A stretch of 64,000 nt of DNA from a virus: positions 64,001 through 128,000 of IMG/VR virus record IMGVR_UViG_3300033153_013649. One strand, given 5' to 3'. Shown one piece after another: positions 29,257-37,173 of the stretch; within the stretch, counting starts at the first letter, position 1; every line of letters starts with the position of its first letter. The translations under genes and the position numbers were made by a program. The notes below the pieces were generated by a model. It was not told where the DNA came from and made no database searches. It saw only the letters and a list, made by a program, of their open reading frames with translations.

Positions 29257-30669
29257 ATGATTATTTATGAGGCTTTTAATAAAGTTACTTGTATGTCTTA
29301 TGTGGGCAAAACCGTTCAAGTAATAGAGGATCGAATTGTACAACACCTTCGATCTGCTAATAAGGGTAAGAAAGGTTATTTTTATAATGCGATAAGAAAG
29401 TATAATAAAGAATGTTGGATCTGGAGTATTGTTGAAGTAATCAACCCTTTGGATAAAAAGAAAATATTAGAAAATAAAGAATATTGGAAACAAAAATTAA
29501 ATGATCGAGAGATATACTGGATCGCCACAAAAAATTCCATGGTTCCAAACGGATATAACTTAACTAAGGGGGGAGATGGTGGTCATACTGGTCCATTATC
29601 AGAAGAAAAGATTGAGTATTTGAGAAAAATAAATATCGGCAAGAAGCTTTCCGAGAGGCATAAAAGAAAAATAAGTGAAAGTAATAAAGGAAAATATCCA
29701 TCTAAAGAAATAAAAGATAAAATATCCAAATCCCTTAAAGAATTTTATAATACTGAAGAAGGAATTAAAAATAGAAAAAAATTATCGAATATTAAAACTG
29801 GTAAAAAATTTACTGAAGAACATAAAGAGAAAATAAGTAAAGGTAGTAAGGGGAGAGTAGTATCCCAGGAAACCAGAAGAAAAATTAGTCTTGCTCAAAA
29901 AGGAAAAAAACTTACTGAAGAACATAAAGCTAAACTTAGAAAACCAAAAAGGAAAAAAATTAAACGAATTATTGGAGAATATATAATGGCCTATGATATT
30001 ATTGAAGATTTATTACAAAGTCAAATAAATGAAGAGGAATTTCCGGATGAAGTATTACTTTCTTGTCCGTTTTGTTTAGCAGATTCTTCTTATATCGATA
30101 CGTATGAAATTGAAGAAGATGACGAGGGAGAACTAGATCCAATCGAACAACCGTTTGTTGCTGCTGATCCTATACATTATTCTCATGATGATTCTTCCTT
30201 TCTTCCTGCTGATCAAGGGATAGGATTATATCCGAATACTGAATTTTATTGTAATAAATGCAAAAGAACTTTCATTTTTTCAAAAGACGGGGAAGCGCTT
30301 GAATTAGCAGATGAAATTGATGACGGAGATCTAGTAAGAACAGGAGATCTTACTTATTTGCTTCCAAATTGGCTTCAACATGAAATCAAGACAAAGAAAT
30401 CTAATATTGCTAGAGAAGAAGTAGAAGTTACTGAAGTAGTTGGTAAGCGCATGCGTAGACGCGCGCGAAAGAAATCTAATCCTAAACAACGAAGAGCTAA
30501 TCTTAAAATGGCTCGAATAAAACGCAAAAAAGAAAGTCAAGGAGAGAGATTACGAGCTAAAGTTTCAGGATCTAAGAATAAGAAAGTCGTGTTTAGAGAA
30601 GGAAAATATAAGATTGTTAAAAAGGATTTCCGAGGTCGTGTAAAGAAAACAGGGGCTAAGAAAAAATAA
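29257..30669 (+). CDS. GIY-YIG/NUMOD3 homing endonuclease read in-frame into a downstream Zn-finger/basic protein (second start 29986)
   Basis: IIYEAFNK..YVGKT, LNDREIYWI, PNGYNLT.GG, repeated (S/T)EE(H/T)KxKIS; internal GGAG plus ATG 29986 then CPFC...CNKC. Confidence 0.8.
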   Translation: MIIYEAFNKVTCMSYVGKTVQVIEDRIVQHLRSANKGKKGYFYNAIRKYNKECWIWSIVEVINPLDKKKILENKEYWKQKLNDREIYWIATKNSMVPNGYNLTKGGDGGHTGPLSEEKIEYLRKINIGKKLSERHKRKISESNKGKYPSKEIKDKISKSLKEFYNTEEGIKNRKKLSNIKTGKKFTEEHKEKISKGSKGRVVSQETRRKISLAQKGKKLTEEHKAKLRKPKRKKIKRIIGEYIMAYDIIEDLLQSQINEEEFPDEVLLSCPFCLADSSYIDTYEIEEDDEGELDPIEQPFVAADPIHYSHDDSSFLPADQGIGLYPNTEFYCNKCKRTFIFSKDGEALELADEIDDGDLVRTGDLTYLLPNWLQHEIKTKKSNIAREEVEVTEVVGKRMRRRARKKSNPKQRRANLKMARIKRKKESQGERLRAKVSGSKNKKVVFREGKYKIVKKDFRGRVKKTGAKKK

Positions 30670-30695
30670 GAAAGAATTTAATAAAAGGTTTTTCT

Positions 30696-30965
30696 ATGGT
30701 TAAATTCAAATATGTTTTCAATAGAGAAAAAGCAAAAGAAAATATAACAGAGGTTAGACGTATTCTTAAAGAATCAAAATTTGATTATTATAAGATTACT
30801 TCTAATAAATTTACTGGAAATATTATTGTAGCTTCTAATGAAAAATATCGATCTGAAGAATTTTTATTAGAAAGATCTAAATTCAATTCTCTGAAATTTA
30901 ATCAACCATTAAAAGAAATTCTTTTTTTTATATCTCAAGAGGAATTAAACGAGGCTTTAGAATAA
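30696..30965 (+). CDS. hypothetical protein
   Basis: ORF. Confidence 0.6.
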   Translation: MVKFKYVFNREKAKENITEVRRILKESKFDYYKITSNKFTGNIIVASNEKYRSEEFLLERSKFNSLKFNQPLKEILFFISQEELNEALE

Positions 30966-30967
30966 AA

Positions 30968-31099
30968 ATGGAATTATGGATTATAATATTAATAATCTTT
31001 TTAGCTGTTATTGGAATTAGTGGATTTGCCACATTTCGTGATAGAAAAAAAGAAAAAGAAAGAAAAATAAGAAGAGAAAATTCTCTTCTAAGAAAATGA
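30968..31099 (+). CDS. small single-TM protein (not in ORF track)
   Basis: MELWIIILIIFLAVIGISGFATFRDRKK... Confidence 0.5.
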   Translation: MELWIIILIIFLAVIGISGFATFRDRKKEKERKIRRENSLLRK

Positions 31100-31413
31100 A
31101 ATTTAAAGAAATATATGAACAGATAAATTACAAAGAAATCCACGGTCATGACCGAGTTGAATCAAATACTGTTGAATGGTACTTTCATAATTATGAACAT
31201 GGATATAAACACTGCATTGGTAGTGAAAAGAATCCTTATAAAATAAAACATATTAACGGAAAGCATGGTATTAATAAAAAATATGCTCGGGGGCACGGAA
31301 TTAATAGTAATCCTCAATGGTTTAAATTTACTAAAAAATTAGATGATCGTTGGTGGGATTTATCAACAGGTAAAAGAATTGAGATTTCAGAAGTACCCAA
31401 GGAATTAAAATGA
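31096..31413 (+). CDS. putative internal head protein
   Basis: N-terminus MKFKEIYE. Confidence 0.55.
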   Translation: MKFKEIYEQINYKEIHGHDRVESNTVEWYFHNYEHGYKHCIGSEKNPYKIKHINGKHGINKKYARGHGINSNPQWFKFTKKLDDRWWDLSTGKRIEISEVPKELK

Positions 31414-32120
31414 TAATTTTCCCTAGACGATGGAATATAGATTATTTTTCATTTACATTATTAGAATCTCTTTTTATTGAAGAAGGGGTAATTCAGAAAT
31501 TTATTGATATTCTTCGAAATATTTTAGAAGAATTAAAAATTAAAAATCTTGCGTATAGTGGAGGTATAGATTCTACAATAATACTTGCTTTATTAACTGA
31601 ATTATTTGGGAAGGGACATATAACAACTTATGTAATAGCTTCAAGGAAAAATCATCCTGACGTTTTATATTCTAAAATCGGTAGTAATTATTATGGTTCT
31701 AATCATGTAAAATTTATAGGGGAACAAATATATAATTCTATATATAAGCAATTTTTTAATATATTGTCTATTGATGAAATTATTTGTTGTGACGGCATTG
31801 ATGAATTTATGTGTGGTTATTATTCTCATCAGAAAGATCATAGGAAAACGTATGAGTTATCTATTAGAGATCTTGTTATAAATCATTTAATATCTCTTAA
31901 TTTGAATTCTGGTGTAGCTAAAGTTTTTTTACCTTATTTAGATGAAAAACTCATTAGATTAATGGCTAAGATTCCATTAAAATGTAAAGTGGATACTAAG
32001 ATTAGAAAAAAAGTTGTAGTAGAAATTGCTAGAAAACTTAATATACCTCAAGAGATTATAGAACGAAATAAATATGGTTTTTGTGATGCTTTTTTAATGA
32101 AAGATAAAGGAAGAAAATGA
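31410..32120 (+). CDS. asparagine synthetase C-terminal (PP-loop) domain protein
   Basis: AYSGGIDS, DGIDEFMCGY, LPYLD, R.KYGF; no glutaminase domain. Confidence 0.85.
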   Translation: MIIFPRRWNIDYFSFTLLESLFIEEGVIQKFIDILRNILEELKIKNLAYSGGIDSTIILALLTELFGKGHITTYVIASRKNHPDVLYSKIGSNYYGSNHVKFIGEQIYNSIYKQFFNILSIDEIICCDGIDEFMCGYYSHQKDHRKTYELSIRDLVINHLISLNLNSGVAKVFLPYLDEKLIRLMAKIPLKCKVDTKIRKKVVVEIARKLNIPQEIIERNKYGFCDAFLMKDKGRK

Positions 32121-32323
32121 AATCCTTGAAATTAAATAAAGAGAAAGACGAGATTAGAAAGCCTCAAGATAAAGATAAACCGGAAAAAATTGATAAAAAA
32201 GACAAGGATTTTGAAGTTGAAAAAAAGAAGATCAAAAAAGAAATAAAAGAAAAGATTCAAAAGGTTGAACTTTCGTTTGGAGATTTGATTGAAGAAGAAA
32301 TAGAAAAGAGAGAAAAGGGGTAA
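32117..32323 (+). CDS. small charged hypothetical protein
   Basis: ORF. Confidence 0.55.
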   Translation: MKSLKLNKEKDEIRKPQDKDKPEKIDKKDKDFEVEKKKIKKEIKEKIQKVELSFGDLIEEEIEKREKG

Positions 32324-32327
32324 AATT

Positions 32328-32555
32328 ATGCCTTATACAAAAACTGATTATCCGGATGCAATAAAAAATCTCAAAGAAGGAGCAAGAAATAAATGGATTG
32401 AGGTTTTTAATGCCGTTTTTGACGAAAAGGGAGACGAAGATACAGCAAGAATGGCTGCTTGGAAAGTAGTTAAAGACAAATACGGAAAAGATTATATGAA
32501 AGAATCAATAACCTTTGAAGAAGTTATTAGAGAACAACTAAGAAAAATTAAATAA
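32328..32555 (+). CDS. ChaB-like protein
   Basis: MPY...P.AIKNL...W.EVFNA...ARMAAW..VKDKY. Confidence 0.75.
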   Translation: MPYTKTDYPDAIKNLKEGARNKWIEVFNAVFDEKGDEDTARMAAWKVVKDKYGKDYMKESITFEEVIREQLRKIK

Positions 32556-32569
32556 AGGAAAAATATATT

Positions 32570-32761
32570 ATGAGATATTCGGAATTAATTAGAGAAGCAA
32601 TACACGAAGAAAAAGGCGATAAGAAGGAATATCAAGCATTTTTCAGAAAAGCTCTCAAAAAATTTGGTGTAACTGAACCAGATCAATTAGAAGGAGATAA
32701 GAAGAAAGAATTTTTTGATTATATCGATAAGAACTGGAGCGCGAAATCAGAAACTGATTAG
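32570..32761 (+). CDS. putative internal head protein
   Basis: MRYSELIRE; YQAFFRKALKKFGV..P..L...KKEFFDYIDKNW. Confidence 0.7.
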   Translation: MRYSELIREAIHEEKGDKKEYQAFFRKALKKFGVTEPDQLEGDKKKEFFDYIDKNWSAKSETD

Positions 32762-32780
32762 AAAATTTATAAGGAAAAAT

Positions 32781-33008
32781 ATGAAATATAGAGAAATATT
32801 AAATGAAGGATTCTTTTCAGAATTTCAAATTGTAGCTGGGGATTATTTCGGGGATAAATTCGTAAAAGATATGATGAAGATCAGCCGGAAAGAATCAGAT
32901 TTAGTAAAAATCATATTAGCTACGGCTAAAAAACATAAAATTGAAAAAGATAATCAGAAACTTAAAGCTTTATTAAAGATGGCTGGTATGGTAAAAGGAA
33001 ATATATAA
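32781..33008 (+). CDS. putative internal head protein
   Basis: AAGGA RBS, MKYREILNE (start corrected from 32715). Confidence 0.65.
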   Translation: MKYREILNEGFFSEFQIVAGDYFGDKFVKDMMKISRKESDLVKIILATAKKHKIEKDNQKLKALLKMAGMVKGNI

Positions 33009-33130
33009 TGAATCATTCAGAAATATTAGAAGCAGAATTAAAAGATGAAAAATTTTTTATTTATTTGATCAAAAACCGAATTATTAGAAAAAAATCAAAA
33101 GATCTTTTTAAAAAGAATAACAGAACTTAA
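33008..33130 (+). CDS. putative internal head protein (40 aa, not in track)
   Basis: MNHSEILEAE. Confidence 0.45.
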   Translation: MNHSEILEAELKDEKFFIYLIKNRIIRKKSKDLFKKNNRT

Positions 33131-33133
33131 AAA

Positions 33134-33376
33134 ATGAAATATCAAGAAGCTTTAGAGAGTAGATTTGATATGAGTAGTCGTAAAAGGATTAAAAGAGATC
33201 CCAAAAAGATTATGGTTACTTTAAAAAAGAATTATCCAAATATTAAATTTGAATTGAAAGATAATGTTTTATATGGAAATAAAAATCAATTAGGATCTTA
33301 TCATTATGGATCTGGAAACGAATCGATTCAAGCTATTATAGCTAAAATGAAAATGTTAGGACTTATTAAAAAGTAA
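33134..33376 (+). CDS. putative internal head protein
   Basis: MKYQEALE. Confidence 0.65.
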   Translation: MKYQEALESRFDMSSRKRIKRDPKKIMVTLKKNYPNIKFELKDNVLYGNKNQLGSYHYGSGNESIQAIIAKMKMLGLIKK

Positions 33377-33392
33377 AGGACCGAAAAATATT

Positions 33393-33815
33393 ATGAAATA
33401 TAGAGAAATACTTGAAGGATTGAATCTTTCAGCTGCAATTAAATCTCTTAAAATGGAAGAAGATCTTAAAACTCTTGCTAAAAAAAATCCGGGTAAAACA
33501 GGGAAACAATTAAAAAGAGAAATCATAACAATTGCTTCTAAATATATTGGAAAGTCTGAAATTAAAGATGTACATATTAAAGATCTAACACAGGAAGCTA
33601 TAAAAGAATTTGATCGGATAATTAAAAAAGAAAAAATAAGTGAAAAACTCGAACCTAATTGGATTATAGTTTTTAAGAATGGAAAAACTTTAGATATTAA
33701 TAATGAACCAACAAACGTACCTTCTGAAACAGAGTATTTTCAAACAGAGAAGGAAGCAATTAAGAGATTTAACAAGTTGAAGCTAAAAGGAAAAGCGGAA
33801 ATAATAGAGGTATAA
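33393..33815 (+). CDS. putative internal head protein
   Basis: MKYREILE; internal ISE site. Confidence 0.65.
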   Translation: MKYREILEGLNLSAAIKSLKMEEDLKTLAKKNPGKTGKQLKREIITIASKYIGKSEIKDVHIKDLTQEAIKEFDRIIKKEKISEKLEPNWIIVFKNGKTLDINNEPTNVPSETEYFQTEKEAIKRFNKLKLKGKAEIIEV

Positions 33816-33821
33816 AATAAA

Positions 33822-33971
33822 ATGAAATTCGGGGAGATTGTGAATGAAGTAAATATTGATGCTATTAGATTAAATCAACTTACTAAATATGCTAGAACTA
33901 ATAAAAAAGCTAAATATCAGATTTTAAAAAAGTTAAAAGAATTAATATTAAATATTGAAAAGGAAATCTAA
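33822..33971 (+). CDS. putative internal head protein (49 aa, not in track)
   Basis: GAGG RBS, MKFGEIVNE. Confidence 0.55.
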   Translation: MKFGEIVNEVNIDAIRLNQLTKYARTNKKAKYQILKKLKELILNIEKEI

Positions 33972-34156
33972 TGAATTTTGGTGATATTATAAACGAAGCT
34001 GCTTATCCAGGAAATATTGGATTTCAAGAATTAATAAATTTTTATCGTGTAGCAAATAAAACTCAGATGAAAAAAATGCAAAACCTTATCGAAAAAGAAG
34101 ATTGGTTAGGATTTAAAAAATTAATTCGAAAAACCTTAGGGATTAATTTACAATAA
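33971..34156 (+). CDS. putative internal head protein
   Basis: MNFGDIINEAAYPGNIGFQEL. Confidence 0.65.
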   Translation: MNFGDIINEAAYPGNIGFQELINFYRVANKTQMKKMQNLIEKEDWLGFKKLIRKTLGINLQ

Positions 34157-34177
34157 AATACAAAGAAGTTTTTTATT

Positions 34178-34429
34178 ATGAGATATTCGGAGATAATCGA
34201 AGAAGAAATTTTAAATGAAGGTAAACTCCTTACAGGAATTATGATAGCTTTGGTATTATTTAAAGCTGCTGGAATGATTAATCGTACTGAATCAGATCCT
34301 ATTACTCGTAAAGTTGCAGCAAAAATAACTAAATTATCAGATGAAGAATTAGAAAAATTAAAATATAAATTTAATTTTAAAATTGATAAAAAAGAAGCAA
34401 TTAAAACCTTAAAAAAATTGGGGTTCTAA
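34178..34429 (+). CDS. putative internal head protein
   Basis: MRYSEIIEEEILNEG. Confidence 0.65.
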   Translation: MRYSEIIEEEILNEGKLLTGIMIALVLFKAAGMINRTESDPITRKVAAKITKLSDEELEKLKYKFNFKIDKKEAIKTLKKLGF

Positions 34430-34710
34430 AAATGAAATTAAATAATTATCAACCGAATTTATGGGATACCCCCGAATTGTATAGAAATTCAAAGAAATCC
34501 TCGAGAGAGGAATACTGAAGATAATTTAAATTGTAATGATCTTAATGGAATCTTCAGTTAGAGAATTCCATTTTTTATTTGAATAAAATTAAAATATAAA
34601 GGAAATAATATGAGTTCAGGACGTACAGCTAAAATAAAGAAACGGGAAAAGAAAAGGGTTCATCTTGAAAATATTAAACGAAAAAAAGAAATCAAAAAAG
34701 CAAAAAAAGA

Positions 34711-34760
34711 TTGACAAATAAAGAATTATTTAGTATATTTAGTACATGGGTTCTTTGAAA
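34711..34760 (+). promoter_or_regulatory. sigma70-type promoter plus boxA-like antitermination motif for the tRNA operon
   Basis: TTGACA-17-TATATT followed by GTTCTTTGAAA. Confidence 0.7.
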
Positions 34761-34765
34761 TTTTA

Positions 34766-34926
34766 AGCTATAGTTTAATATAGATTCAAGAGACATACTG
34801 GTATAACTATAGCTAGGCCAAACTATAGTTTGGCTTCCGGGATGAAGGAAGATTTGGCGGTACTAAATAATTAATCTAACTTGAATCGGATTTAAAAACC
34901 GACCTTCTAAAAAAAGGTAACCGCCA
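34766..34926 (+). ncRNA. candidate structured leader or ncRNA
   Basis: Several perfect stems (AGCTATAGTT/AACTATAGCT, GCCAAACTATAGTTTGGC, TGGCGGT/ACCGCCA). Confidence 0.45.
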
Positions 34927-34929
34927 TTT

Positions 34930-35001
34930 GGAATCGTGGATCATTGGTAGATCACCTGTCTGTCGAACAGGTTTAAATGGGTTCGATTCCCATCGATTCC
35001 G
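34930..35001 (+). tRNA. tRNA-Asp(GTC)
   Basis: GGAATCG/CGATTCC acceptor; CCTGT-CTGTCGA-ACAGG; TTCGATT. Confidence 0.92.
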
Positions 35002-35037
35002 CTTCCGCAAACATATAAGTTTTTTATCAAATTTTTT

Positions 35038-35111
35038 GCTGCCGTAGCTCAAGAGGGTAGAGCGTCTCACTTGTAATGAGAAAGTTGGGGGATCGTGGCC
35101 TCCCGGTAGCT
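35038..35111 (+). tRNA. tRNA-Thr(TGT)
   Basis: GCTGCCG/CGGTAGC; TCTCA-CTTGTAA-TGAGA; atypical T-loop ATCGTGG. Confidence 0.88.
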
Positions 35112-35122
35112 CGAGAATTATT

Positions 35123-35200
35123 CTAGAAGTGAAGGAGTCTGGCTTTCCTTGTCCGCTTTGGAAGCGGGATATCTCGTCGGTTCGAATCCGGCCTTCTAGA
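35123..35200 (+). tRNA. tRNA-Pro(TGG)
   Basis: CTAGAAG/CTTCTAG; TCCGC-TTTGGAA-GCGGG. Confidence 0.9.
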
Positions 35201-35290
35201 CAAAGGTTTCGAGGGTTAAATCCTTGAAATTATTAATTTCTAAAATAAAACCCCTTAAGATTAATAGATCCGTAGACAACTACATAATTC

Positions 35291-35371
35291 GGAACGGCGT
35301 TCAACGGTGAGATAAGCTGACTGTAAATCAGTGGCCTACGTGCTTTGATGGTTCGAATCCATCCCGTTCCA
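35291..35371 (+). tRNA. tRNA-Tyr(GTA)
   Basis: GGAACGG/CCGTTCC; GCTGA-CTGTAAA-TCAGT; long variable arm. Confidence 0.9.
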
Positions 35372-35376
35372 CAATT

Positions 35377-35449
35377 TCCTGGGTAGTTTAATTGGAAGAA
35401 CGCTGCACTGTTAATGCAGATGATGAAAGTTCGATTCTTTCCCCGGGAG
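35377..35449 (+). tRNA. tRNA-Asn(GTT)
   Basis: TCCTGGG/CCCGGGA; CTGCA-CTGTTAA-TGCAG. Confidence 0.92.
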
Positions 35450-35457
35450 CTTTTATT

Positions 35458-35865
35458 ATGATAAAATATTTTAAAAAAAATCCTCATATTCTTAAAGCGA
35501 TAAATATTTTAGAAATAAATTATAGAGCTGGATCTGATATTTTATTTGGTATAAATAAATTCAAAGAATTATTTATTAATATTCAAAAGGAAGGAATAAA
35601 ATATCCTATAATTTGTGTTCTAGATATTAATAAAGATTTTAAAATAAGATTTGGTAATAGAAGAGTAATTATAGCAAGACTTCTAAGAATTAAAGAAGTT
35701 CCAGTTCTTTTATATTATAATAAAAAAGAAAAGGGAATTCTGCCTATTGATAATATAAAAGGGAGGACTGTTACTAAAGAAGAATTATGTATGTTCTTTG
35801 AAAACGATAAAAATATTCCTGGACTAAAATATCTTTTGGAGATTTTTAATGATAGTATATGCTGA
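35458..35865 (+). CDS. ParB/Srx-like protein
   Basis: IQKEGIKYPII...FGNRRVIIAR.L; start moved out of tRNA-Asn. Confidence 0.7.
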   Translation: MIKYFKKNPHILKAINILEINYRAGSDILFGINKFKELFINIQKEGIKYPIICVLDINKDFKIRFGNRRVIIARLLRIKEVPVLLYYNKKEKGILPIDNIKGRTVTKEELCMFFENDKNIPGLKYLLEIFNDSIC

Positions 35866-36334
35866 ACCGGAAGTTAAAGAAGTGATATTAAGATTTTCTT
35901 TTAAAAAAGAGAATTATAATAAAACTCAAACTCTTGATATAGAAATAAAGAATTATAAAAAGTTAAAAAGTAATATTATAAAATACGGAATAGTTCATCC
36001 TTTAATTGGTAATAGTTTATATAAAAATAATAGAAATTATCCTTATGTTATAAAATATGGAATTAGAAGATTTCATATTGCAAAAGAACTCGGTATACAA
36101 AGAATTCCAATATTGATATATGATTTACCTATATTAGAAGAATCCAAGAAGATAAATTGTAAATATAAATATAAAATCAATAATATGGAAGATTTATCAA
36201 AGTTATTTAAAGCTCATATTTCTAATTATCAAGTTCCAGATAATCTTATTACTCCAGGGTATGAAAATATTCCAGCAGGATTAAAAATTTTTATTAATTT
36301 ATATAATACTTATCAAGAGGATTTATTCAAATGA
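35849..36334 (+). CDS. ParB/Srx-like protein, MIVYAEP family
   Basis: GIVHPLIG...YGIRRFHIAKELG. Confidence 0.75.
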   Translation: MIVYAEPEVKEVILRFSFKKENYNKTQTLDIEIKNYKKLKSNIIKYGIVHPLIGNSLYKNNRNYPYVIKYGIRRFHIAKELGIQRIPILIYDLPILEESKKINCKYKYKINNMEDLSKLFKAHISNYQVPDNLITPGYENIPAGLKIFINLYNTYQEDLFK

Positions 36335-36789
36335 TAGTATACGCTGAACCAGATCCTTGGAAAGCTCAACCTAAAGATATATTTCGAAAAGATTTTAATA
36401 TCGGTGGTCCGACAATGACTTCGAAAGAAGGATTTCAGAAATTAGAAAATAATATCAGAGAAAATAGAATGTTTCATCCTTTGATAGGAATAGCTTTACA
36501 AAATTGTCCATGGATTATTCAAATGGGAAATAGAAGACTACTGATCGCTCGAAGATTAAAAATGGAAAAAGTTCCGATGATTATATATAGCCTTCCCCCT
36601 CTTGTACATCCTCGAGTGCATCCAAAACCAGGAACTTATATAAAAAGAATTAAAGATTTTGAAGAAATTACAGCTTTGTTTTGTAAGGAAGGATTAGATT
36701 TTCCCGAAGAGAGTCGACGCAGAGACGGAGTCCCGCATGGATTACAATTAATGAAAGATTTATTTAGAAAATGTGTTGACTTTGATTAA
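36331..36789 (+). CDS. ParB/Srx-like protein, MIVYAEP family
   Basis: MFHPLIG...MGNRRLLIARRL. Confidence 0.75.
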   Translation: MIVYAEPDPWKAQPKDIFRKDFNIGGPTMTSKEGFQKLENNIRENRMFHPLIGIALQNCPWIIQMGNRRLLIARRLKMEKVPMIIYSLPPLVHPRVHPKPGTYIKRIKDFEEITALFCKEGLDFPEESRRRDGVPHGLQLMKDLFRKCVDFD

Positions 36790-36867
36790 GTACTCGTAGC
36801 CAAGTGGTTTCACGGCAGCGGTCTGCAAAACCGTTATATATCGCGGGTTCGAATCCCGCCGAGTACT
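36790..36867 (+). tRNA. tRNA-Cys(GCA)
   Basis: GTACTCG/CGAGTAC; GCGGT-CTGCAAA-ACCGT. Confidence 0.92.
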
Positions 36868-36884
36868 CTATTATATTTCTAAAC

Positions 36885-36953
36885 GTGCCTGAGCTAAAAC
36901 AGCTAATAATATTTCAAATCTCGTGAAGGTGGGTTCGATTCCTCCCAGGCGCG
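36885..36953 (+). pseudogene. tRNA-like remnant with no clear anticodon arm
   Basis: GTGCCTG/CAGGCGC acceptor and GGGTTCGATTCC T-arm. Confidence 0.5.
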
Positions 36954-36974
36954 CAAAATTAATTAAAAAAGAGG

Positions 36975-37003
36975 TTGACAAACTATTATAGGATTTAGTA
37001 CAT
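36975..37003 (+). promoter_or_regulatory. sigma70-type early promoter
   Basis: TTGACAAA..TTTAGTACATT. Confidence 0.75.
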
Positions 37004-37018
37004 TATTATAAAAATTAT

Positions 37019-37155
37019 AAGGCATAGAGAGTTCCTTTTAATTATCACTCCCATAGAATAATACTCTCCGCCTTTAAATTTTTAGAGTAAAAACAAAAGG
37101 GGTTCCTATTTGAATCGATTGAGAGTCAACAATTACCCCTCGTTTGAAACTCTAA
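37019..37155 (+). promoter_or_regulatory. two tandem related RNA hairpin motifs in a 5' leader
   Basis: GAGAGT-TCCT...ACTCTC and AGGGGT-TCCT...ACCCCT with outer stems. Confidence 0.5.
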
Positions 37156-37173
37156 TAAAGGGGAAATAAAAAA

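Noticed and set aside
36885-36953. tRNA-Sec or opal suppressor (TTTCAAA loop)
   Set aside because: No anticodon stem flanks the TCA, and there is no long acceptor or variable arm
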